From Minisyncoccota bacterium (GTDB taxonomy: Bacteria; Patescibacteriota; Minisyncoccia; Phycocordibacterales; SBAW01): a stretch of DNA of 64,000 nucleotides. The stretch covers positions 40,959-104,958 of the forward strand of contig DASZWM010000005.1 in the NCBI GenBank assembly GCA_035546615.1, written 5' to 3'. The notes beneath the pieces were generated by a model. The model saw only the letters and a program-made list of their open reading frames with translations. It was not told where the DNA came from and searched no databases. Shown here piece by piece: positions 17,507 to 26,650 of this stretch (position 1 is the stretch's first letter; every line of letters starts with the position of its first letter). Made by a program: the position numbers and the translations under genes.

Positions 17507-18040
17507 ATGGAGGAATTTAAAAAATCTAAGGAAGCCGCGACAAGGAGCCTCAACCTTGCCGGCACTTTGCAGAAGCTTTTTCGCCCTGTCCTGATTAAAG
17601 GCATGGAGGGCGAAAAAACAGAGGATCCGATAGCTCGAGTAATAGCGGAAGCAGGCCCTAAAAACCTAAGCGATATAGAATCGTATCTTACAGCGCAGAG
17701 CATTGATGCCCTTGCTCCTCTTGAGCACGGCTATGGCTTTAGTGCCGTAGTGCTTGACGCAGGCGATCGGGTGGTGCGCTTAAGCAGACTGAAGCCTACG
17801 CATAAACCCGGTATTCCCCTTGTCCTCCAGCCTCTTGCGGAGGAAATAGTGGGAAAAATTTCTGTGCAGATCTTCAAAAAGCTTCAGACGGCGGGAATTA
17901 CGGACGCCGATGTACAGAATGTTAAGGACCAATTGGGGATGGAAGGGTATAGGTGGGATGACGCCGGTACCGACAACCTTGGGCGGGACGAGAACGGCCA
18001 ACTTTTTATACTCGACGGTTCGGTGCATACACTCGCATGA
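17507..18040 (+). CDS. Hypothetical protein, possible small kinase-like fold
   Basis: 177-aa ORF starting 4 nt after tRNA-His; YGFSAVVLDAGDRVVRLSRL (Gly-loop and Lys-like) ... DAGTDNLGRDENGQLFILDGS (D..N catalytic-loop-like and DFG-like) in kinase order; weak. Confidence 0.3.
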   Translation: MEEFKKSKEAATRSLNLAGTLQKLFRPVLIKGMEGEKTEDPIARVIAEAGPKNLSDIESYLTAQSIDALAPLEHGYGFSAVVLDAGDRVVRLSRLKPTHKPGIPLVLQPLAEEIVGKISVQIFKKLQTAGITDADVQNVKDQLGMEGYRWDDAGTDNLGRDENGQLFILDGSVHTLA

Positions 18041-19236
18041 GCAATGCTCCCATAACCTTCGTTATCTTCGGCGCCACGGGCGATCTGGCTCAGCGCAAGA
18101 TAGTGCCCGCGCTCTGCGCGCTGTACGCAAGCGGGGCGCTTCCTGAAGGCTCAGATATAGTCGCTTTTTCGCGCCGGCCGTGGGGCGACGCGGAGTATCG
18201 CTCCTTCATACAGCCCTCCCTCAAGGCTTTTCCGGAAGAAAAGGCGGTTAAATTCCTGGAGCGTATCCGCTATGTGCAAGGTACGTTCGGCGATCCCGCA
18301 TCGTTCGCTGCATTGAAAGATGCATTACGCACGCAGAATATCTTCTTCCACCTCGCAGTCCAGCCTGAGTTTTACGAATCCATCGTGCATGGGCTGGGGG
18401 ATGCGGGCTTGCAGGGCTCGCTCCTTATCGAGAAGCCGTTCGGCCACAACTACGCCTCCGCCGCATCGCTTGAGCGAGGTCTTGAGAAGTACTTTTCGCC
18501 CGAGCATATTTTCCGCGTCGATCATTACTTGGGGAAGGAAGGACTCGAGGTGCTTCTGAATCGCCGCCGCACGGATGCCGATTTTGAAAAGTCACTAAGC
18601 AGCGAGCGCATCGCGTCCGTCGCGGTCCGCCTGCTTGAGACGTTCGACGTAGAGGGTAGGGGAGAGTTCTACGACGCGGCGGGCGCGCTTAAGGACGTGG
18701 GCCAAAATCATCTGCTTGAGATGCTCGCGACACTTCTTATGAATATTCCGGAAGATGCTCGCGGCATTCCGCAGGCGCGCGCTGAAGCGATAGCGGGACT
18801 GGCCCCGAAGATGTCCGTTCAGGGGGCGGTGGCTGCCGTGCGCGGCCAATACGAGGGGTACCATGCCGATCCGGAAATTCCGGACGGCTCGCAAACGGAA
18901 ACGTATTTTAAAGTCGAATTGCGCAGCGCAATTCCGCGCTGGCAGGATGTCCCGCTCGTGCTTGAAGCGGGGAAAGCCCTGCGCGAAAAGAAAAGCGATA
19001 TCGAGATCTCATATAAGGACGGCTCGAAGCAGGTATTCGACATGGATATCCCCGGCGCGCGCGACGCATACGAGCACATGATAGAAGCGGCACTGCGCGG
19101 CGACGCGACGCGCTTTGCCGGAAGCGAAGAAGTGTTCGCCGCGTGGAAGCTTATCGACCCGCTGCGGGAGCAGCTCCTGAAATTGCCGCTTCACAGGTAC
19201 GACCGCGGCGGCGACGGCGCGGGGCGGTTTTTGTAA
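18037..19236 (+). CDS. zwf: Glucose-6-phosphate 1-dehydrogenase (short form)
   Basis: 399-aa ORF; NADP-binding FVIFGATGDLAQRKIVPAL, substrate motifs EKPFGHNYASA and RVDHYLGKE. Confidence 0.8.
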   Translation: MSNAPITFVIFGATGDLAQRKIVPALCALYASGALPEGSDIVAFSRRPWGDAEYRSFIQPSLKAFPEEKAVKFLERIRYVQGTFGDPASFAALKDALRTQNIFFHLAVQPEFYESIVHGLGDAGLQGSLLIEKPFGHNYASAASLERGLEKYFSPEHIFRVDHYLGKEGLEVLLNRRRTDADFEKSLSSERIASVAVRLLETFDVEGRGEFYDAAGALKDVGQNHLLEMLATLLMNIPEDARGIPQARAEAIAGLAPKMSVQGAVAAVRGQYEGYHADPEIPDGSQTETYFKVELRSAIPRWQDVPLVLEAGKALREKKSDIEISYKDGSKQVFDMDIPGARDAYEHMIEAALRGDATRFAGSEEVFAAWKLIDPLREQLLKLPLHRYDRGGDGAGRFL

Positions 19237-19253
19237 AGTGATACAATTGCCGC

Positions 19254-19661
19254 ATGCCTATGCTGCCGAAGCCCAAAACCAAGCTTGAAGAGATAGCGCT
19301 CGGCTTTACCAGCTGGGTAGGGTCCATCCAGTCGGTCGCGGTGCATACCGTCGCCTTCGTCGCGAGCTTCCTGGCGGTGGCGTTCGACCTCATTACCTTC
19401 GACCGGATGCTCCTCGTGCTCACCACCGTAGTGTCGCTTGAAGCAATTTATCTCGCCATATTCATACAGATGAGCCTCAACCTGACGCGCGAAAGCCTGG
19501 CGGAGGTTGAGCAGGACATAGACGAGATCCAGGAGGACGTGGGCGAAATTCAGGAGGATGTCGACGAGATACAGCAGGACGTCGATGAGATCCAGGAAGA
19601 CGTTGACGAGATACAGGAGGAAATAGTAGAAGAGGAGGATGGAGAATCGGCGCATGCTTAA
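19254..19661 (+). CDS. Membrane protein (DUF1003-like) with acidic heptad-repeat tail
   Basis: 135-aa ORF; two TM helices, then five tandem 7-aa repeats D[IV][DG]EIQ[EQ]. Confidence 0.5.
   Translation: MPMLPKPKTKLEEIALGFTSWVGSIQSVAVHTVAFVASFLAVAFDLITFDRMLLVLTTVVSLEAIYLAIFIQMSLNLTRESLAEVEQDIDEIQEDVGEIQEDVDEIQQDVDEIQEDVDEIQEEIVEEEDGESAHA
19515..19619 (+). repeat. 5 x 21-nt tandem repeat (coding DIDEIQE heptads)
   Basis: gacatagacgagatccaggag / gacgtgggcgaaattcaggag / gatgtcgacgagatacagcag / gacgtcgatgagatccaggaa / gacgttgacgagatacaggag. Confidence 0.7.
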
Positions 19662-20079
19662 GGAAAAGGTCGGCGGCTTTTTTTCGGAGTTCAGGAACTT
19701 CGCCGTCAAAGGCAACGCCTTCGACCTCGCGGTCGCGGTCGTCATCGGCAACGCCTTTACCGCCATCGTGAACTCGCTCGTGGGCGACATCATCACCCCC
19801 TTCCTCGGGCTCGTGACCGGGAATGTTGACTTCAAGAGCCTCTCGTATGCGGTCCGGCCCGACCTCGTCATAAAATACGGCGCGTTCATCCAGGCGATAT
19901 TCAATTTCCTGCTCATTTCGCTGTCGATATTCGTCGTTTTCAAGCTGCTCTCGGTCGCGCGCAGAAAGGTCTTCCGCGAAGGGGAGAAGGCGGTGCCGGA
20001 GCACGAAAAGCCCGCTCAGGAGCGCCTCCTTGAGGAGATCCGCGACCTTTTGAAGGAAAAGAAGGAGGAAGTGGTATAG
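19639..20079 (+). CDS. mscL: Large-conductance mechanosensitive channel MscL
   Basis: 146-aa ORF; FREFAVKGNAFDLAVAVVIGNAF signature; the start is probably the downstream Met (MLKEK). Confidence 0.85.
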   Translation: MENRRMLKEKVGGFFSEFRNFAVKGNAFDLAVAVVIGNAFTAIVNSLVGDIITPFLGLVTGNVDFKSLSYAVRPDLVIKYGAFIQAIFNFLLISLSIFVVFKLLSVARRKVFREGEKAVPEHEKPAQERLLEEIRDLLKEKKEEVV

Positions 20080-20086
20080 TTAGCGC

Positions 20087-20776
20087 ATGCCTGACATAAA
20101 AAAGTTCGAGCTTTCTCCCTCGATAGCCATACTCGTGTGCGGCGTGCTCATCGCCGGCTCGATTATTTTCGTGAATCTCCATCCCGGCCAGCCCGCGGTT
20201 GCCGCAGACCCGAATCAGCTTCCGGCGAATGCCAACGTGCCGGCGCCGAACGCCAACGACCACATCCGCGGCTCATTGAGCGCGCCCATTGTGCTGGTCG
20301 AGTATTCGGACTTCCAATGTCCGTATTGCCAGATGGTGCATCCGACGCTCAAGCGCCTTGTGGACGAATCCAACGGCAAGATAGCGTGGGTATACCGCGA
20401 GTATCCGCTCACGAGTCTCCACCCGCAGGCCCGCCCCGCAGCGCTCGCCGCCGAATGCATCGAGGAGCAGCTCGGCAATGACGGGTTCTGGAAGTTCGCC
20501 GACACCATATTCGCCGACCAGACCAAAATGAGCCCCGAGTACTATGCCCAGCTTGCCGCGCAGTTCGGCGCGGACCCGGCGCAGTTCGCCTCGTGCGTCT
20601 CGAGCGAGAAATATGCGGGGAAGATAGCGTCGCAGTCGCTTGAGGCGCAAAGCAACGGCGGCAACGGCACGCCGTTCACGGTCATCGTGGGTGCAGGCGT
20701 GCAGGTGCCGGTGTCGGGCGCGCAGCCGTACGAGAACTTCAAGGCTGTAATAGACGCGATGCTCGCGCGTCAGTAA
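20087..20776 (+). CDS. DsbA-family thiol:disulfide oxidoreductase (membrane-anchored)
   Basis: 229-aa ORF; N-terminal TM; thioredoxin-fold CPYC active site in VEYSDFQCPYCQ. Confidence 0.8.
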   Translation: MPDIKKFELSPSIAILVCGVLIAGSIIFVNLHPGQPAVAADPNQLPANANVPAPNANDHIRGSLSAPIVLVEYSDFQCPYCQMVHPTLKRLVDESNGKIAWVYREYPLTSLHPQARPAALAAECIEEQLGNDGFWKFADTIFADQTKMSPEYYAQLAAQFGADPAQFASCVSSEKYAGKIASQSLEAQSNGGNGTPFTVIVGAGVQVPVSGAQPYENFKAVIDAMLARQ

Positions 20777-20819
20777 CAGGATAGCTATTAGTTATTAATG
20801 TTTTTTATAATCACTACGT

Positions 20820-21662
20820 ATGAACGGCTTGTTTGAGGGTTCTCAGGGCGTGTGGCTTAGGCGCGCCATTATCGCGTCGGTAGCATTGCTTGCTTTGTTC
20901 CTGGCGGTCCAGGTCATCGCCGGCGTTAAGGAATGGCGCTACATAGGCGCTGGGCTTTCCGCCACCAACACCATTACCGTATCCGGCCACGGCGAGGCGC
21001 TCGCGGTGCCCGACATTGCAACGTTCTCGTTCTCGGTCGTCTCCGACAAGGCGACGGTCGCCGCCGCGCAGGAAGACGCGACTGCAAAGATCAACGCAAT
21101 AACCGCGTATCTTAAGGATGCGGGCATCGACGAGAAGGATATCCAGACCAGCGACTACTCGGTCTATCCGCAGTACGAATACCAGAACGCGGTATGTCCC
21201 ACCGTCGCGCCGACCTATTCGGGAGCTTCGGCAAGCGCTATCTACTGCCCGTCCGGCAAGCAGGTGCTCAAGGGCTACGAGGTGCGCCAGACCACCGCTA
21301 TCAAGGTGCGCGATACCGAGAAGGCGGGCGATCTCCTCTCCGGCGTAGGAACCAAGGGCGCCACCGAGGTTTCGGGCCTGACATTCACGTTCGACAAGCC
21401 CGATATGGTTCAGGATGAGGCCCGCGATAAGGCTATCCAGAACGCGAAGGAGAAGGCGGATACGCTCGCGAAGTCCCTCGGCGTCCACCTGGTGCGCGTC
21501 GTCTCCTACAACGAGAACGGCAACTACTCGCCGATGTACGCCCGCGACGTGGCGTACGGCAGCGCAGGCCTCGCCAACGAAACCAAGGCTGCCGCTCCGG
21601 AGATCTCCATAGGCCAGAACAAGGTCACCTCGGATGTCGCGGTAACCTACGAGATTAGGTAA
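20820..21662 (+). CDS. SIMPL-domain protein (DUF541/BP26-like)
   Basis: 280-aa ORF; N-terminal TM; the rest fits the SIMPL/BP26 family (assignment from recall, not a motif match). Confidence 0.65.
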   Translation: MNGLFEGSQGVWLRRAIIASVALLALFLAVQVIAGVKEWRYIGAGLSATNTITVSGHGEALAVPDIATFSFSVVSDKATVAAAQEDATAKINAITAYLKDAGIDEKDIQTSDYSVYPQYEYQNAVCPTVAPTYSGASASAIYCPSGKQVLKGYEVRQTTAIKVRDTEKAGDLLSGVGTKGATEVSGLTFTFDKPDMVQDEARDKAIQNAKEKADTLAKSLGVHLVRVVSYNENGNYSPMYARDVAYGSAGLANETKAAAPEISIGQNKVTSDVAVTYEIR

Positions 21663-21807
21663 GCCTATGCAGAGCTAGGTAAGCCTAGGGTTGACTCCAG
21701 CCTTAAATAGGGTAGTATAAGAAAAAGCCCCGGGAGGGGTTTTTTCTTAGGCAACCGTCTTGCCTGTCGGCAGACAGGGAAGACGGAAAGTTAAATAGAA
21801 CTAAATT

Positions 21808-21978
21808 ATGCCCCAATACTTTAAAGACGTCCGCAGCGAGCTGAACCATGTAAGCTGGCCCACGCGCAGTCAGATAATCGCGTATACCGTCGTGGTCATT
21901 CTCGTGTCGCTCGGCACGTCCGTGTACCTCGGGCTTCTGGACTACGTCTTCTCCGCGATTATCCGCAGCGTTGTTTAG
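21808..21978 (+). CDS. secE: Preprotein translocase subunit SecE
   Basis: 56-aa ORF below the ORF-track cutoff: MPQYFKDVRSELNHVSWPTRSQIIAYTVVVILVSLGTSVYLGLLDYVFSAIIRSVV, single TM; immediately upstream of nusG in the conserved secE-nusG-rplK order. Confidence 0.8.
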   Translation: MPQYFKDVRSELNHVSWPTRSQIIAYTVVVILVSLGTSVYLGLLDYVFSAIIRSVV

Positions 21979-22039
21979 TAATTAGCTACTTGGGTGTAGC
22001 CACTAGTCGCTATACCCCAAACCCTAACACCTAACTAAT

Positions 22040-22591
22040 ATGGCAAAACAAGATGCAAGCGTCGGAAGGGCATGGTACGCGATACACACGTACGCGGGCT
22101 ACGAGAACGCGGTCGCGCGCAACCTGCGCCAGCGCATCGAGAGCCTCGGCCTCACCGATAAGATATTCCAGGTGGTCGTGCCGACCGAGCGCACGGTAAA
22201 GATAAAGGGCGGCAAGCGCGTGGAGGAAGAGGAGAAGGTGTATCCGGGCTACGTGCTCGTCGAGATGACCGTGGACGACCAGTCATGGTACGTGGTGCGC
22301 AATACGCCCCGCGTGACCGGCTTCGTGGGCTCCGGCGTCAATCCGGTCCCGCTCCAGCAGAAGGAAGTGGACGAGCTCTTGGGCCGCATGCAGGCGACCG
22401 AAGGCTCCATCAAGCACGCCATCGACCTTTCGGTGGGCGACTCGGTCGTCATCGTGGACGGTCCGTTCAAAGAGCTCGACGGCAAGGTGGGCGAGGTGGA
22501 CGAGGCCCGCGGCAAGGTGAAGGTTCTCGTGCCGATGTTCGGCCGCGAGACGCCGGTGGAACTCGACTTCCTTCAAATTAAGCGTATATAG
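22040..22591 (+). CDS. nusG: Transcription antitermination factor NusG
   Basis: 183-aa ORF; NGN domain (WYAIHTYAGYENAV) and C-terminal KOW (GDSVVIVDGPFKELDGKVGEVD). Confidence 0.9.
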   Translation: MAKQDASVGRAWYAIHTYAGYENAVARNLRQRIESLGLTDKIFQVVVPTERTVKIKGGKRVEEEEKVYPGYVLVEMTVDDQSWYVVRNTPRVTGFVGSGVNPVPLQQKEVDELLGRMQATEGSIKHAIDLSVGDSVVIVDGPFKELDGKVGEVDEARGKVKVLVPMFGRETPVELDFLQIKRI

Positions 22592-22631
22592 CCAAAAACA
22601 ATAAACTAAGGTATTCTCTTAATCTCGATAT

Positions 22632-23054
22632 ATGGCAAAGAAAATCGTTAAAAAGATAAAGATCATCGCGAACGGCGGCGCCGCGGCGATGACCCCTGCC
22701 ATGGGCCAGGTGCTCGGCCCGGCCGGCATCAACATCGGCGAATTCATCAAGAAGTTCAACGACGCATCCAAGGAGATGCGCGGCGACATGGTACCGGCAG
22801 AGATCTCCGTCTACGAGGACCGCTCATACGATTTCATCCTCAAAACCCCGCCGGTATCGAGCCTCATCCTTAAGGCCCTCGGCAAGGAGAAGGGGAGCGG
22901 CAAGCCCAATACCCAGAAGGTAGGCGCGCTCACGAAGGCCCAGGTAAAGGAAATCGCAGAGAAGAAGATGCCCGACCTCAATGCCCACGACCTCGACCAG
23001 GCAATGAAGACCGTCGCCGGCTCCGCCCGGAGCATGGGCGTTGATATGAAGTAA
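22632..23054 (+). CDS. rplK: 50S ribosomal protein L11
   Basis: 140-aa ORF; uL11 signatures PAMGQVLGPAGINIGEF, ISVYEDRSYDFILKTPP. Confidence 0.9.
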   Translation: MAKKIVKKIKIIANGGAAAMTPAMGQVLGPAGINIGEFIKKFNDASKEMRGDMVPAEISVYEDRSYDFILKTPPVSSLILKALGKEKGSGKPNTQKVGALTKAQVKEIAEKKMPDLNAHDLDQAMKTVAGSARSMGVDMK

Positions 23055-23081
23055 GATAATTGGTAACTTTCAACCCACCTT

Positions 23082-23111
23082 GCCTGTTTTCTTTAGGGAA
23101 CAGGCATTTTT
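23082..23111 (+). terminator. Rho-independent terminator directly after rplK
   Basis: Hairpin gcctgtt-ttctttagggaa-caggc followed by attttt; sits where rplA normally follows. Confidence 0.6.
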
Positions 23112-23135
23112 GGTTCTTCGACAAGGAGGCATATC

Positions 23136-23549
23136 ATGCTGGAAGAAGGGAAGACTTTTGTTACTTTTGCGCAGATCCATTTTTCTACTCAAGGAGGCGG
23201 TCAGCTCAATCTTGCGGAGATTGAGGAAAAATTCCGTGCCATCCTCGCAGAAGAACCCTCTCGTTGGGAAGTGGAGTGGTTAAGGGCAGAAGACGCTACC
23301 GCAGGCGGCCTGCGCATGTCTTTCGCGCTTACAGATGCGGCGATCCTCTACTTCGGTTGTCGTTCCGGTAGCGAGCGCGATATTTCCATCCAGGAAATAT
23401 CATGTCTCATGGATTGGGTTGGGAGTATAACTAAGAAATTCTCCGAAGCCGAGTTCAAGTTTGGACTGCCGGTATTCGTGAGCGGTGGAGTCCAACTCAA
23501 CAGCAGCACAGGCGCTTACGCAACTAAAGCTTTTTCTGCCACCATATAG
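23136..23549 (+). CDS. Hypothetical protein
   Basis: 137-aa ORF with an aaggagg RBS 7 nt upstream; no recognisable motifs; followed by a terminator hairpin at 23564-23596. Confidence 0.45.
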   Translation: MLEEGKTFVTFAQIHFSTQGGGQLNLAEIEEKFRAILAEEPSRWEVEWLRAEDATAGGLRMSFALTDAAILYFGCRSGSERDISIQEISCLMDWVGSITKKFSEAEFKFGLPVFVSGGVQLNSSTGAYATKAFSATI

Positions 23550-23658
23550 GGATCTAAGAAAAAGCCCGGCGCCAAAGGTGCCGGGTACTGCTTTTCATTT
23601 GGAACGGCAAGGAGTACTCTGGGCGTCAGAGATCCTTTCGGCTAGCACAGGAGTTCCC

Positions 23659-24363
23659 ATGAAGCCCAACGTCTCTCTTCCTACCTGGATTCAGGACTTG
23701 ATGGTGACGTGGGTCCGGCCCCAAGTCACTCTCCGCAAAGTGGTGCGGTGGAGCAAATACCGCAAGCGCGGCACGCGCCGCCAAGACACGCTCCAGCACA
23801 CGCTCTCGCTTCTCTTGTTCGCAACGTGGGCGTTCCCGCTTTTCAGGCCCCATGTGCGGTTCGACGAATCGCTGCTCTTCCGTACCCTTTTGCTCCACGA
23901 CTTCGGGGAGGGGGAAACGCAGAAGGGCGACACCCTTTACATCGACAAGACGCGCGGCGGCGACCTGGCGGAAACCGCGGCGTTCATGGAACGGTTCGGC
24001 ATCGTTATCGGCCAGGAAGGCACTAAGGCCTTTCTTCTCCAGTTCGCGAAAAACGCGAACCAGATGGGCGAATTCAGAAGCATTCTGCAGGGGATTAAGA
24101 AGAAATACCCCGTCGAATGCCTGCTGTTCGACGCCCTGGAGCGCTTCGACTACTTTCTCTACGCTCTCGAGCAGTATCGGGAACTTGGGAAGGCGAAGAT
24201 CCTGGTGCAGGTGTTGCGCCATCAGATACCGCACTTCGAGCGTCTGTCACGCGAGCTGCCCGGCTTCAAACAGGTGCTCTGGCGGCCCGACTTGGCCGGC
24301 TGGTGCTCGCTGTTCCTCAGCCGCTACGACGGTCAGTGGATCGAGCAGAAGGGCGAAAAGTGA
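23659..24363 (+). CDS. HD-domain phosphohydrolase (YfbR-like) (putative)
   Basis: The ORF track gives 23485-24363, but that start overlaps the upstream ORF and the terminator; the likely start is MKPNVSL at 23659 with an aggag RBS; HD motif in LLLHDFGEGETQKGD. Confidence 0.45.
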   Translation: MKPNVSLPTWIQDLMVTWVRPQVTLRKVVRWSKYRKRGTRRQDTLQHTLSLLLFATWAFPLFRPHVRFDESLLFRTLLLHDFGEGETQKGDTLYIDKTRGGDLAETAAFMERFGIVIGQEGTKAFLLQFAKNANQMGEFRSILQGIKKKYPVECLLFDALERFDYFLYALEQYRELGKAKILVQVLRHQIPHFERLSRELPGFKQVLWRPDLAGWCSLFLSRYDGQWIEQKGEK

Positions 24364-24366
24364 ACC

Positions 24367-24408
24367 AATATCGCCCGTCCCGGAACCCGGGACGGGCGAT
24401 ATTTTTTA
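24367..24408. terminator. Bidirectional terminator between convergent genes
   Basis: 16-bp perfect hairpin atatcgcccgtcccgg-aac-ccgggacgggcgatat followed by tttttt. Confidence 0.75.
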
Positions 24409-26520
24409 GACGGCTGCAACAGGATTTCTTTCGACGATATCCTGGGTGCCGCGCTTGTAGTTGAAGCGGTCTTCGCTTGAGTCTATGTGGAGTATTAATC
24501 CTTCGCTCTTCAATTCCCGAAGCATAAGCGCGCCGATGTTCTGGGAAATAACGCGGAGCGTTGGATGTACGGAAATGCCCGAACGCAGCTCGACGACAAA
24601 GGCTAGCGCGGGCAGGTCGCCGGTAATGCGGCAGGCAACCTGGTATCCCATCGGGACATAATACTGGGCTAGGGTAGGGGACAGATTCAGCCTCTCGAGG
24701 CCTGCAACGTAGCGGGCGAGAAAAGCTTTCGCCTCGTCCGCGAGCTGTTGCGGTACCTGGCTGAAGTACCATTCGCCGAACCCGTGCTTCGTCGTCAGAA
24801 GCGGCATCCGCTGGGTGATGGAACGATGCCGGTGCAGGTCGCGGAACGAGCCGAAGTCGAGCGGAAACGAGAACTGCATCCCTCCGGCTTCCGCAAGGAA
24901 TTTCGGCAGCTCCGCTTTTGCGGGGCGGCTGTCCAGGATATGGCGATGCTTCTGGAGCAGTCGCGGTTCCACGGTATTCCGCAGCAGAAGAACATTTCCG
25001 TATCCGGCCTTCGAGCCATTAAGGGTCGGTTCTGCTTCAGCGGAATAGTAGTACGCATTCTGCATCCACTCTTCGACGTATTCTTCCTGTGCAGAGTAGC
25101 GCTTAGCGAAGCCGGAATTCGGATACTTCTCCATTAGCGCTTCGCCCACCGCATTTGCGATATCGCGCACTTCTGCAAGCGGATGATGGCGCAGGCGCAG
25201 GAGATGGTCGGAAGCGTGCCGCAGCTCGGTATGCCACGCGAGGTTCGTTGCGGCGCCGGCAGGCAGGAATCCCCGCATGATATCGAACGCGCGGGCATTG
25301 ATGGCCTTCTGCCAAACCTTCTCGTCCTCATCAGTTTGGCGCGGATGGCGCTTGGCGAGCTCTTCCTTCATGGTTTCGAGCCCATTCAGATGGAATGCGC
25401 GCAGCGATTCAAGGAGCTCTGCGCCCTCTGGGGAGTTGTGCGGATTGCCGAACGCCTGTTTGGAGAAGTCGATGTAACGAGTCGAGGATTCCTGCCCATT
25501 GTAGAGCTGGGAGTCTTGTACCGCTTTCGCCGCGAGCATCGACACTCCTTCTATAAAGATGGTCGCCGTGCCGTCATCGCCGATGGATTTGTCGCCGTAA
25601 CCGACATAGTAGGTCTGCATGAAATCTTGGGCGCCCCGCTTGGCAAGCCTGATCAGGTGCGCATCTATGCCGCCCAGGGAGCGCGAATGAAGTGCTTGAA
25701 GCATTGCATCTTCCTCAGCATTGATGATAGCGCCGGTGTCGAGTACGACTACCTGCCCGTTTCCTGGGAGCGGCTTGCGTACGTGTTTCAGGTCTTCGTA
25801 TTTTGTAGCAGTTCCTTTTTGTACTTGTTCCTGCGCGGGTGCGGCGCGTTGTCCGATGTCGCGATCAAGGTAGAGGCGGGGGAGCATCTGCTCAGGGGTC
25901 CAGCTGCTTTTTACCTCTTCAAGGTTCGTGCTGACCTGATATTTGCCGCTCTTGGTGTAATCGGACTGTAGAATAGGCCCGGTCTCGAAGAAGATGATCT
26001 GCGCGATGCGGCGGCCGACCACAAGCGGAATGATGTAATTCTTGGAGTTGTTGGTTATCTCCATCGTCCAGCGGTTGACGTATCCGACGTCGCCCCAGCC
26101 GGCACATTTGCACACTTCTATGAAGTTGCGGCCCATGCTTGAGCGCGCCTTCATCATCGTCGTGATATGGTCGCGCCCGCCGATGAACTCGTTCGTATGC
26201 GCGAGGATGGTTTCGCCGGGCCGCAGGATGATGACCTTGTCCTCCGGGCTGATGCCGTCCCACTCAAAGTTATATTTTTCGAACGCTTCCTTCGCGGGTA
26301 CCGCCCGCTCCACCTTAGAGGCGCCCCACACATGCTCCATGTGCGCGCGGCTCCAGATGTTGTAGAGGCTGTGATTGTACTTGGTCGGCTGCTCGCGGAA
26401 GAAATGCTCCCCGAGCGTCACGTCGTAGGAAGAAGTGGCAAGATTTTCCCGCTTGAACGGCTCTATAATGACGGAGCCTTCCTGCATCGCTTCGAGGATT
26501 TTCTTGTCCGATAGTGCCAT
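24406..26520 (-). CDS. Fusion protein: dCTP deaminase-like domain + two tandem ThyX (flavin-dependent thymidylate synthase) domains
   Basis: 704-aa ORF. Residues 1-190 are Dcd/dUTPase-fold (LSDKKILEAMQEGSVIIEP; KARSSMGRNFIEV...GWGDVGYVNRWTMEITNNS). Residues ~230-480 are ThyX-like and keep the S.RY motif (ESSTRYIDF) but have QDSQ in place of RHR. Residues ~480-704 are ThyX-like with the RHR motif (FRDLHRHRSITQ) but no S.RY. Both halves keep the ThyX C-terminal helix pattern (AR..LP....T..W..N.R.L.HFL.LR). Confidence 0.6.
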   Translation of the reverse strand: MALSDKKILEAMQEGSVIIEPFKRENLATSSYDVTLGEHFFREQPTKYNHSLYNIWSRAHMEHVWGASKVERAVPAKEAFEKYNFEWDGISPEDKVIILRPGETILAHTNEFIGGRDHITTMMKARSSMGRNFIEVCKCAGWGDVGYVNRWTMEITNNSKNYIIPLVVGRRIAQIIFFETGPILQSDYTKSGKYQVSTNLEEVKSSWTPEQMLPRLYLDRDIGQRAAPAQEQVQKGTATKYEDLKHVRKPLPGNGQVVVLDTGAIINAEEDAMLQALHSRSLGGIDAHLIRLAKRGAQDFMQTYYVGYGDKSIGDDGTATIFIEGVSMLAAKAVQDSQLYNGQESSTRYIDFSKQAFGNPHNSPEGAELLESLRAFHLNGLETMKEELAKRHPRQTDEDEKVWQKAINARAFDIMRGFLPAGAATNLAWHTELRHASDHLLRLRHHPLAEVRDIANAVGEALMEKYPNSGFAKRYSAQEEYVEEWMQNAYYYSAEAEPTLNGSKAGYGNVLLLRNTVEPRLLQKHRHILDSRPAKAELPKFLAEAGGMQFSFPLDFGSFRDLHRHRSITQRMPLLTTKHGFGEWYFSQVPQQLADEAKAFLARYVAGLERLNLSPTLAQYYVPMGYQVACRITGDLPALAFVVELRSGISVHPTLRVISQNIGALMLRELKSEGLILHIDSSEDRFNYKRGTQDIVERNPVAAV

Positions 26521-26570
26521 AATCGAGTGAAGTGAGTGAAATAAAGTTTACTTTAATTCCGAACGAAGGA
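26521..26570 (-). repeat. Dispersed repeat copy R3 in the leader between the divergent dcd-thyX and tmk genes
   Basis: aatcgagtgaagtgagtgaaataaagtttactttaattccgaacgaagga. Its reverse complement matches 12326-12375 over ~35 nt, in the same orientation relative to the downstream start codon. Confidence 0.6.
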
Positions 26571-26650
26571 TGATTATATAATTGCGAAGCAATTCTATAC
26601 GGTATAGTGTGTTTCGGGAGTACTATACCACTGTGGAGAGGGGAACAAGT

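Noticed and set aside
21691-21747. Promoter-like TTGACT-18-GTATAA immediately followed by a short hairpin plus T-run
   Set aside because: The promoter would transcribe directly into the terminator. More likely the T-run hairpin terminates the upstream SIMPL-domain gene and the promoter match is fortuitous or serves secE after read-through; not reported as a feature.
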